Assembly (NCBI GenBank): GCA_023138975.1
Contig: JAGLON010000032.1
Coordinates: 12,903 to 76,902, forward strand
Source: Candidatus Zixiibacteriota bacterium
GTDB lineage: Bacteria > Zixibacteria > MSB-5A5 > GN15 > JAAZOE01
Direction of reading: 5' to 3'
Length of the DNA stretch: 64,000 nt
This document shows, in pieces, positions 38,937 to 47,700 of the stretch. Position 1 is the first letter of the stretch. Every line of letters begins with the position of its first letter. The notes under the pieces are model-generated. The model worked only from the letters and a program-made list of their open reading frames with translations, did not search any database and was not told the DNA's origin. The position numbers were made by a program, and so were the translations under genes.

Positions 38937-40808
38937 ATGTACCATAATATTCGAAAAGTGGGAATTGTTATTATTGTGTGTGCTTATGTTTGTGGTAGCA
39001 TACTATCGGCACAGAATATTCCATTCAATAACTGTGGGATTTTGATCGGCGGACCGAATGAATGCGTCCTGTTTTTATCTATGGGCGGTATGCAGAATGT
39101 ATTTGTACTGGAAAATTATGGTGATTTTGTAATAGGTGACGAAGTGTGCGTTTCAGGTATGATTGATTACGGTTGTATATCTTCCTGCAGCGACTCTTTT
39201 CTATGCATAGTAGATAATGATATTGTCAGATTATCGGAAACAGATTTTCCTTATGGCGCTAATGGCGTGCTGGTAACTGCCGAATCTTGTGTGGTCTTTC
39301 AGTCCTTTTGGGACCCGGCCATGTCAATGACCCTTGAATATTATGGCAATTATGAGTCTGGTGATACCGTCTTTGTGATCGGGATGTTCAGCGATTCTTG
39401 TGAAGGAATCTGCCCGGACGCAGTTAGTTGTTTACAGAACAACACGATTGAAGGCATTGATCAACCGCCGATGCCGATGCAGGGAGCTGCGGTTCTTGAA
39501 CTGCAACCTGCAGTAAATCCGGAAGATGTCTTTTTTGATTTCAATTTAACAATGAGTGATAGTATCGATCAGCAGAATTTCTATCTAATACGGTTTGAAG
39601 ATAATTTGGAAATTGGAGATATAATAAGGCATCTGAGTCAGGATCCTCGGATAGTTTTTGCCGAACCGAATGTGGAATTTGGCCTCCCGGGAAATCTGCA
39701 GATGAGTATGTCTTTCCCCGATGAAAGCCGTCCACCATTGATTTTAGGCTCCAGTCCTCCGGGGTACTACCAGCAGGGCGCAACCTATACGATTGGAATT
39801 GATTCAGCCCAGAAGATTGCTAATGGGTTTGAGATAAAAATTGCGGTTATCGACAATGGTGTAGATTTTTCTCATCCGATGCTCTCAGAGATTCTAATCG
39901 AGGGTGGTTATGATTATCTGGATGATGATAATTATCCGGAGTATGAAGAAGGGACAGCAGCGAGTCATGGTACCTTTGTCACTGGGTTAATTGCGTTGAC
40001 AGCTCCAAAATGTAAAGTTTTACCAATACGCGCATTTGATGGAGACGGTATCGGGAACAGTTTTGCGATTGCAAAATCCATCTATCATGCCATTGATATG
40101 AATGTTGATGTTATCAATATGAGCTTCGGCATGAACGAGTATAATACTTTAGTTGAGATTGCCTGCAGCACGGCAATCGCTGCGGGAATAACTATTGTTG
40201 CCGCCGGAGGCAACGATGGGTCTATTTCGCCGGTATATCCAGCCGCATTTAATAATGTAATTGCCGTTTCGGCCGTGGATTCGAATGACGTTTTAGCGAC
40301 GTTTTCTAACTTTGGCAGCTATATTGATATTTGTGCCCCAGGAGTCAAATTGTACAGTTCTCTAGCTGGTGAGTATAATTGGGGGACCTGGAGCGGTACT
40401 TCCTTTGCCTCCGCCTTAGTTTCGGCGACCTGTGTATTAGCTCTTGATCTTGATAAGGATATGAGTGCGGCTGCGATGGAAAAACATATCCGAAATACAG
40501 CTGAGACTAAACTTATGAGCGGGAATATAACGCCGCATGATTTCACATATGGCTATGGTCGATTGAATACAGCTAATGCGGTTTGGTCGTTAAAGCCTGG
40601 TTCTGTAAACTGCGGTGATTGTAATGATGACAAAACTGTTAATCTTGCTGATGCGGTATATTTAGTCAGCTATATATTCCATAATGGTCCCCAGCCAGTT
40701 AATATGAGCATTGCAGATGCCAATTGCGATTCGGTAATAAACCTCGGCGACGCCATTTATATCATTAATTACGTGTTTAAATCCGGCGCCTCTCCCTGCT
40801 GTAATTAG
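38937..40808 (+). CDS. Secreted subtilisin-like S8 peptidase with two N-terminal Cys-rich modules and a C-terminal dockerin-like module
   Basis: ORF 38886 (TTG) trimmed to ATG 38937 (GAGGAA upstream; signal MYHNIRKVGIVIIVCAYVCGSILSA). Catalytic blocks IAVIDNGVD, HGTFVTG, GTSFASA. Dockerin-like tail at nt 40611-40805. Confidence 0.9.
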   Translation: MYHNIRKVGIVIIVCAYVCGSILSAQNIPFNNCGILIGGPNECVLFLSMGGMQNVFVLENYGDFVIGDEVCVSGMIDYGCISSCSDSFLCIVDNDIVRLSETDFPYGANGVLVTAESCVVFQSFWDPAMSMTLEYYGNYESGDTVFVIGMFSDSCEGICPDAVSCLQNNTIEGIDQPPMPMQGAAVLELQPAVNPEDVFFDFNLTMSDSIDQQNFYLIRFEDNLEIGDIIRHLSQDPRIVFAEPNVEFGLPGNLQMSMSFPDESRPPLILGSSPPGYYQQGATYTIGIDSAQKIANGFEIKIAVIDNGVDFSHPMLSEILIEGGYDYLDDDNYPEYEEGTAASHGTFVTGLIALTAPKCKVLPIRAFDGDGIGNSFAIAKSIYHAIDMNVDVINMSFGMNEYNTLVEIACSTAIAAGITIVAAGGNDGSISPVYPAAFNNVIAVSAVDSNDVLATFSNFGSYIDICAPGVKLYSSLAGEYNWGTWSGTSFASALVSATCVLALDLDKDMSAAAMEKHIRNTAETKLMSGNITPHDFTYGYGRLNTANAVWSLKPGSVNCGDCNDDKTVNLADAVYLVSYIFHNGPQPVNMSIADANCDSVINLGDAIYIINYVFKSGASPCCN

Positions 40809-41003
40809 GCATACATGTGACACCTGTCGAAACCGGTGAAGATGCAATAGTTTGTTTCACAAGTATTTAAGGCTATGGTGGTCACAGTAGAGTGGGGCAG
40901 TAGAAAAACGACCTCTTCTAATTGGAATTTCTTCATTATTAATCCCCATAAAAATTGAAAAAACAGCTATTTTTTTATCAATCTAAGCCCACTTAGAAAT
41001 AAC

Positions 41004-41018
41004 TGGCATATGGGTTGT
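41004..41018 (+). promoter_or_regulatory. Sigma54-like -24/-12 element
   Basis: TGGCAT-ATGGG-TTGT against the consensus TGGCAC-N5-TTGC. Located about 50 nt upstream of ATG 41069, with AGGAGGA in between. Confidence 0.35.
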
Positions 41019-41068
41019 GGTAATGAATGCCTTGAGATAAAAAATATATTACTGCATCAGGAGGATGT

Positions 41069-43294
41069 ATGAGAAAACTTACACTAACAATGTTCCTGTG
41101 TCTGGCATTTATCATGATGTCGGCAACTGCTTGGTCAGGCGAAGGGATTCCGGTTGATAAAAAACAAATGCTGGGAGATATTCTTCAGAGCGTATCATTT
41201 GAAAAACAAAGCCTTGAAGTTCCGTCAATGACCGGAGGCAATGGTACCGGATGTGTTGATGTTGATATTGAACTTCCAGATTCAATTATGGTTGAGAACT
41301 TTTTTGAGCCGGTTTTTGCTGAAGGCTATTTCGAAGTTATTAATTGTGGTGATGAGACTGGACAAGTAGAATTAAGTCTTTCGGCCGCCATTAATATTGC
41401 CGGCTTCATTGATACCACTATTTATCTTCCCGGTTTTCCGATTGTTCTCGGTGCCGGAGAAACACTATTCCAGGATTTAGTTTTTCCAGTACCACCATTT
41501 GCTGGTAGTTATACATTTTGTATATATGCGGTAACCGGTGATGTTGCCGATACTGCTTGTGCGACAATGATTGTAACGGTAGGCGATATGCCCGGTTTCC
41601 CGATTGACGTTTGTGGTATCCTTATGCAGGGCGAAAACTGCGTTTTGTTTGCTCCGGCCTGCAATGAAAGGGATATCTTTGTATTGTCGGATTATGGCGA
41701 ATTCCAGGTTGGCGATACAGTTAGAGTCGTTGGCGAAATGGATATGGACTGTCAAACCGAATGTGTCGGCGCAATGGGTTGTATAACGACGGAAACGATT
41801 GAATCCTGCGGCGGTTGGATGCCCGATATTCCTTTCGAAGACTGCGGTGTGTTGGTTCAAGGAACCGACTGTGTGCTCTTCTCTCCATTTATTCAGCAGC
41901 ATTATCCTGCGGACTCCACCGGCTTTGAAAGTCTATTAGTTGTCCTTGATGAGTATGGTACCTTTGTTGTCGGAGACACGGTCTTTGTTTCGGGCCAATT
42001 CCATCCAAATTGTGAAACGACATGCTCCGACGCAATGGGGTGCATTAAAGATAACGACATTGAAACTTGTGAAGGGGAAGATCCGGAATACCCATTTGGC
42101 GCGATTGGTATTCTTATCCAGGGAACCGATTGTGTTGTGTTTGTCCCCAAAGGGCATGACGGAGCGTTTGTCCTCGATAATTATGGGAATGCGGTCGTGG
42201 GCGATACCGTCTTTGTCGGAGGTATCCTTGATATTAATTGCGATACCGAATGTTCCGATGTTGATGGCTGTATCACAGACAATATTATAGAAATCGTTAA
42301 TAATCCCGGCGGCGGTAATGACTGGGATATACCGTTCTTTGCATTTGGTGTGATTATTCAGGGCGAGAATTGTGTCTTATTTGAAGAGGGAATGACCGGT
42401 GATCGTTTGCTTTTGGATAACTATGGCACATTTATAGTAGGCGATTCCGTCTGTGTCGAGGGTACCCTTGAACTTGATTGTGAGAGTGACTGCATCGATA
42501 TCATTGGCTGTGTCGAAGTTAATGAAATTATTGACTGCAGCAATAATCAGCCGGATTCGACTTATTATCAGGGTAGAGGAGTATTAACTCAGGCTACCGA
42601 CTGTGTGCTTTTCTGTGAAGCGCAGACAGGTGCTCTTCTATATCTTGACGATTTAGGAAACTTTGGTGACGGCGATACGGTCTGTGTTGATGGTATCCTT
42701 GATATGTCCTGCGAAACGAGCTGCAGTGATGCCCAAGGCTGTATCACCGTTAACCTTATCGTAAGTTGTGGATCTAATCCTCAGGATTATATTGAACTGC
42801 CGGGTGTCTTGGTACAGGTTGAAAACTGTCTCCTGTTCGCTCCGGGCGGAATGAATACCAATGGGTTTGTTCTTGATAACTATGGTGATTTTGTAGAAGG
42901 TGATGAAGTTTATGTGACTGGAATGGTTGATTTGGACTGTCAAACAGATTGTGTCGGTGCCTTCGGATGCATTAACGATAATACGATCGAAGCCTTAAAT
43001 CCGCCCGCGGTAAATATGGTTGATTTAAATGCTCATAACTATCCGAATCCGTTCAACCCGGCAACAACGATTTCGTTTGATCTTCCTTCGGCTATGACCG
43101 TGACGGTTAGCGTTCATAATATCCTGGGGCAGACTGTTTCTACTCTCATTGATGGTGAAACCCGTCAGGGACGGCAGAATATTCGCTGGGATGGAAATGA
43201 TTCGTATAACCAGAAAGTAGCCAGCGGTATTTACTTCTATCGGATTATTACAGATGACAAGGTTGTAACCAAGAAAATGGTTTTGACCAAATAA
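41069..43294 (+). CDS. Secreted protein with six tandem ~70-aa four-Cys modules and a T9SS C-terminal sorting domain
   Basis: 741 aa with signal peptide MRKLTLTMFLCLAFIMMSATAWS. Six repeats lie at about nt 41603-43010. The C-terminus NYPNPFNPATTISFDLP...SGIYFYRI...KKMVLTK is the Por/T9SS CTD pattern. Confidence 0.8.
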   Translation: MRKLTLTMFLCLAFIMMSATAWSGEGIPVDKKQMLGDILQSVSFEKQSLEVPSMTGGNGTGCVDVDIELPDSIMVENFFEPVFAEGYFEVINCGDETGQVELSLSAAINIAGFIDTTIYLPGFPIVLGAGETLFQDLVFPVPPFAGSYTFCIYAVTGDVADTACATMIVTVGDMPGFPIDVCGILMQGENCVLFAPACNERDIFVLSDYGEFQVGDTVRVVGEMDMDCQTECVGAMGCITTETIESCGGWMPDIPFEDCGVLVQGTDCVLFSPFIQQHYPADSTGFESLLVVLDEYGTFVVGDTVFVSGQFHPNCETTCSDAMGCIKDNDIETCEGEDPEYPFGAIGILIQGTDCVVFVPKGHDGAFVLDNYGNAVVGDTVFVGGILDINCDTECSDVDGCITDNIIEIVNNPGGGNDWDIPFFAFGVIIQGENCVLFEEGMTGDRLLLDNYGTFIVGDSVCVEGTLELDCESDCIDIIGCVEVNEIIDCSNNQPDSTYYQGRGVLTQATDCVLFCEAQTGALLYLDDLGNFGDGDTVCVDGILDMSCETSCSDAQGCITVNLIVSCGSNPQDYIELPGVLVQVENCLLFAPGGMNTNGFVLDNYGDFVEGDEVYVTGMVDLDCQTDCVGAFGCINDNTIEALNPPAVNMVDLNAHNYPNPFNPATTISFDLPSAMTVTVSVHNILGQTVSTLIDGETRQGRQNIRWDGNDSYNQKVASGIYFYRIITDDKVVTKKMVLTK

Positions 43295-43363
43295 GAAGAT
43301 ACCTCTCTTACTTAAGGGTGATGAATTGACTTCCCGACTTATCATCTAAAGTGAGTTGCATGA

Positions 43364-43402
43364 ATGGAGATGGGTGATTACACATCCATCTCCATATTTT
43401 AC
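43364..43402 (+). terminator. Probable terminator hairpin
   Basis: Perfect 10-bp stem ATGGAGATGG / CCATCTCCAT followed by ATTTTA. Confidence 0.45.
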
Positions 43403-43416
43403 TTACAGGTGTTGCC

Positions 43417-43554
43417 ATGAGAACCTTTTTCATTTTAATAATCTGTCTTCTTGCCGCCGGTTCAGCCTTCGGATATGATTATTTGGGAATATTGCCCGGA
43501 GAAAACGTTGGCGATCAATTTGGAAGCGCATTTTGTACAAACTCCACAAGCTAA
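43417..43554 (+). pseudogene. 45-codon ORF resembling the signal peptide plus first FG-GAP-like repeat of a larger secreted protein (possible gene remnant)
   Basis: MRTFFILIICLLAAGSAFGYDYLGILPGENVGDQFGSAFCTNSTS*. GDQFGSA is the FG-GAP-type core. The ORF is too short for the ORF track. Confidence 0.3.
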
Positions 43555-43591
43555 AAGCAGTCTTCCAGTCTGAAATATAAATAAATCATCG

Positions 43592-44224
43592 CTAGCGCGG
43601 TTGTTTTGTGTCCAGCGATATATGCTTTATATCAGACAAGCTTATTCGCTTATCATCTTTATCGTGGTCGTCATACACATACCATTGATCTTTGAAAACG
43701 AGCTTAGGCAAAATCAACGGCCGATAAGAAACCCTGCCTCCGTTTCCGTTGCCATTACTATTCTCATAGAATTTGATATGCACTTTAATCTTTAGCAGTA
43801 CCGCAGCCCAAATAAATATCTGAGTAATCGATTGAGGGTCGTTTAAATTCTCGGCACTACAGACAATGTCCCACAAGCTGGATAGCCCGGAGGGCAGGCG
43901 GGCTATGAGCTTATGAAGTAGAAGATTAACCGCTTCATGATATTCCCTGTTATTATCGTTTAATAGCTGACTCAAGCCGCCCAGTAAAAGTAGAATATCA
44001 TTCTCGGATAGATTTCGGAATGATGTGCTTTGTCTATGGAGAAGCCGATATGTCCTGGAAAAAGCGTCATAATATACTGGGATATTCGCTTGTGTCAGGG
44101 TCGAGATATATCGATATGCTGTTCTTGACGATATGTTACATTGCTTGACAATATCGCGAATTTTTAACTCACCCTTTTCATGCAGCATATAGGCGATATA
44201 AAGTATATTCTCGGTCTTGTTCAT
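43592..44224 (-). CDS. HTH (DeoR/YafY-like N-terminus) transcriptional regulator with a WYL-like C-terminal segment
   Basis: 210 aa. IRDIVKQCNISSRTAYRYISTLTQANIPVYYD forms the HTH. The C-terminus LVFKDQWYVYDDHDKDDKRISLSDI resembles the WYL core. Confidence 0.55.
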   Translation of the reverse strand: MNKTENILYIAYMLHEKGELKIRDIVKQCNISSRTAYRYISTLTQANIPVYYDAFSRTYRLLHRQSTSFRNLSENDILLLLGGLSQLLNDNNREYHEAVNLLLHKLIARLPSGLSSLWDIVCSAENLNDPQSITQIFIWAAVLLKIKVHIKFYENSNGNGNGGRVSYRPLILPKLVFKDQWYVYDDHDKDDKRISLSDIKHISLDTKQPR

Positions 44225-44241
44225 TCCGGTAATCCTTGGTT

Positions 44242-44478
44242 TTAATACAGAATCTCTACTATGGTAAGAACTACCTCTGTAACAAGGGGTAAAGGCTCTT
44301 CCATTGGTTCTGCACTTTGACTTCCACCGCCGCCACTGACAGTGTCAACAATTGTATCAAGGCCAGGATTGGGGGGGCCTCCTCCGCCATCAGCAATAAT
44401 CGTCTGGGGACTAAATGCGAAAAATACAAATGCTAAGCAAAGAAACGTAATGAATACATTGAAACTTCTGGAAAACAT
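44242..44478 (-). CDS. Small secreted Gly/Pro-rich protein
   Basis: 78 aa. AGGAGG RBS, signal peptide MFSRSFNVFITFLCLAFVFFAFSPQTIIA, then DGGGGPPNPG...SGGGGS and a hydrophobic tail. Confidence 0.45.
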   Translation of the reverse strand: MFSRSFNVFITFLCLAFVFFAFSPQTIIADGGGGPPNPGLDTIVDTVSGGGGSQSAEPMEEPLPLVTEVVLTIVEILY

Positions 44479-44516
44479 GTAAACCTCCTATTTTTTCAGT
44501 TTCCAAAAATATAGAA

Positions 44517-44532
44517 ATCAAATTTCATGCCG
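44517..44532 (-). promoter_or_regulatory. Sigma54-like -24/-12 element
   Basis: The minus strand reads CGGCAT-GAAAT-TTGAT. Located about 40 nt upstream of ATG 44478, with TAGGAGG in between. Confidence 0.3.
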
Positions 44533-44722
44533 AATCGAAGTGTTTAGCGCAAGCGCCTGTAAGGCTATGTGTTATGGCGGTAGTAATGAGTTTGGTATGG
44601 GGGTGGATTTACCGCTCACCATGCCGAATTGGTTATGTGATTAACGTAAATAACAATATTCTAATAAGTTATATGTACCGCGAAATGGTAAATTATCTGG
44701 TAATGTGGTAAAATCTTAAAAA

Positions 44723-47700
44723 TTAATTTCTTGTAATGCCATATTTTATTATTCGGCGTCTGAATGTTGATAGTGGCATCCCTATAGATTTCGATGCTTT
44801 TGATTGATTCCAATTATATTTTTGCAATGCCTCAATAATCATCGCTTTTTCTGTATCCGATGAAATTTTAACTGAATCCTTATCAGTTTTTTCGGTGTTA
44901 ACGATACTGGCATCCAAGTCCGCTCTCTTAATTAATCGCTGACCATGAAGAATACACAGCCGTTCAACAACATTTTTTACTTCTCGTACATTCCCCGGCC
45001 AAGAATATTGAAGCAGGCATTGTAAAGCGTTTTGAGAAATATTCAGATTCTTATCTTCACCCAGAAATACTCGAGCAAAATATTTGATTAATAAGGGGAT
45101 GTCGCCTCTGCGTTCTCGGAGCGGGCTAATTTCAATAATAATAGTGTTGATTCGATAGTAGAGATCTTCACGGAAATTATTATCATCGATAAGTTCTCTT
45201 AGATTCTTATTAGTAGCGAAGACTAATCGTACATCCGTAGAGATAGTATGGTTGCTTCCAACCATTTCAAATTTTTGTCCGTCTATTACACGGAGTACTT
45301 TGGCTTGATACTCAAGAGGCATATCGCCTATTTCGTCAAGAAGCAGAGTTCCGCCATCGGCTAATTGAAATTTTCCGATTCGTTTTTGCACTCCGGTGGC
45401 AACTCCTTTGTCAACTCCGAATAATTCAGATTCAAATAAACTGCTTTGAAGTGCCGCGCAGTTAATCTTGACCAATGTCTTATCGGATCGAAGACTATAA
45501 TCATGAATCATCTGACACAATATCTCTTTACCTGTTCCGCTTTCTCCCAAAATCAAGACGCTCGCGTTCGACCGGGCAATCTCCGGTAGCTTTTCGAAAA
45601 TCCTCAGCATAGGTTCATCTTTAGTGACAAATGATCTTTGTACTCCGACCGAAGATAAATCCTGGATTAATTGATCGTTGGTTACCTGTATGATATTAAA
45701 CTTCTGCGCCAAAGTTATCATTAGACCAATAAAATTGGTCAAGGCGGAAACAAATGAAATATCGGATTTCTCAAATAGGGCCGGTATTGTGTTGTGATCC
45801 AGATAAAGGACTCCGAGAACCTTTTGATTATATGAAATAGGGACGCACAGAACCGACAAAATATTATACATTATCACACTTTTGAAATGTTTAGTGCGCT
45901 CATCCTTTAAGGCATCTGTGACAATCAAAGGATCAAAATTAATAGTCGCCATTTCAGAGATGCTTTTGCTCAGCGCGGTTATATCATGCAGACTCTTATT
46001 ATCACAATTATAAAAAGCCTTAACGTGTAATGATTCTTTGTCATTGGAGTAGAGCAGCAATGCGCCTCGTTCGGCACCCGATTCATTGATAGCGAACCGT
46101 AATATCTTCAATACAGCATTGTGATAATCCGTCACATCAGATAAGATATCGGAGATTTTGTAAAAAACATCGATTCTTTCGTCGGTAACCGAATTACTCC
46201 TTTTAAGGTCATCCACTTCCTTTTTTAATTGCGTCATTAATGTTTTGTTAGAAAGCTGTTTTAGTAATTTTAGACTTTGTTCCAAATATTTCAGAGCCAG
46301 TCGATTTTGCTGTTTGTCTTTGTACCGGTTGGAAATCTTCCGGCAAACTATCGCGGCAATGAATATAAACCCCTTCTCGTTGAGCAATTGGTAGAGTATT
46401 TTTAATTCATCCAGATACTCATTATCTGATGAATCATTTTTGTAAAGATTATATATGACGTTTAATGATTTAAATATCGGGACCGACGATTTGGAAAATC
46501 CTTTTATCCTTGTCAGGACTTCATCTGGAATAATTCCGAATATTTCAAACTTTTTAGATAGAGCCAGGTGCAAAATTCCAAGAAAATACGAATAATAACA
46601 ATGGTGACTGTTAAGTGATTCCAGTATGTCCTGAAAATTATTCAGATCATACTCATCCTGATAATAAAAATTGCAAAAGGCTCTTAGTAATCTTAGTTCC
46701 TCCAATGAATTCACATTACCCATTTCTCTAAAAATGCTCTCAGCTCGATTAAAATACTCGGTGTATCTATACTTATTTCCTCTATAAAAGGCAATCTCAG
46801 CCAGTTTATGAAGCACTTCTCCACGAATCCTTTTTGCCCCTATTGAACTGACAATATTATTACATTCGTCATAAGTCTTTTCAGCGTTATCTAAATCACC
46901 GGTTATAAGATATAAATGGGCTTCCAATATCTTGTATAAACTAAGCTTAGAAATGGTCGTATTACAATAAGCGCGATACTCCTGCAGCCAGTATCTGGCC
47001 TTTGAGTAATTGCCCAAGCGGGCATTACTAAATGCTATTACATGGTAGAGAGAACTCAAACGGGAATCATCTTGTAAAGCAGCCGCTCGTTTTTTCGCGT
47101 TCTTGCACAATGATATTGCGGTTTTATACTGAGCCATCTCATTATAGATAGATGCAAGATTTATCATGGAGTTGACAGTATGAAACTTATCCTTTAACAA
47201 TTCACCGGCTTTAATCGCTTTTAGGTAGTTATCTCGAGGTTTTAATAAATTGCCGGTTAGCCAGTAATGAGCTCCAATATCATTGTAATAACCGACTTTC
47301 TCCTCAGCCGAAAGTTTGTCCTCATGCTGCTCAAGAATATCTTGCAGCCTTTTTAGCCCTTTGGTCTCACCCTGATATGTCCAGGTTCGTAATCGCTTGA
47401 GCGAAAACTCAAAATTGCTTCTGAATTTTAGCGCCGTGTCAATAATTTTACGGGCATCCTTAGTTTTACCGATAAGTAAACATTGTTTTATAAGGCATAG
47501 TATGAATTCACGCTGTAAATATATATTTTTTGGAGATATTCGAAGAGCTTCTTTACCAATATCAATTGCGTTTTGAGTCCTTCCATTTCCAGCCAGACTG
47601 AAACAAAGCCTCTGTAATACCTCCCCACGGGCTTCATTGTGACCTTTTAAGTGGGCTAATGATTGATTAGTATTGTATAGTAATAGCAGGTTTTTAAGTT

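Noticed and set aside
41477-42290. Antisense and alternative-frame ORFs (141, 82, 73 and 116 aa) within the six-module gene
   Set aside because: They are nested in a gene with a signal peptide, periodic Cys-module structure and a T9SS CTD. Their translations show no motifs.
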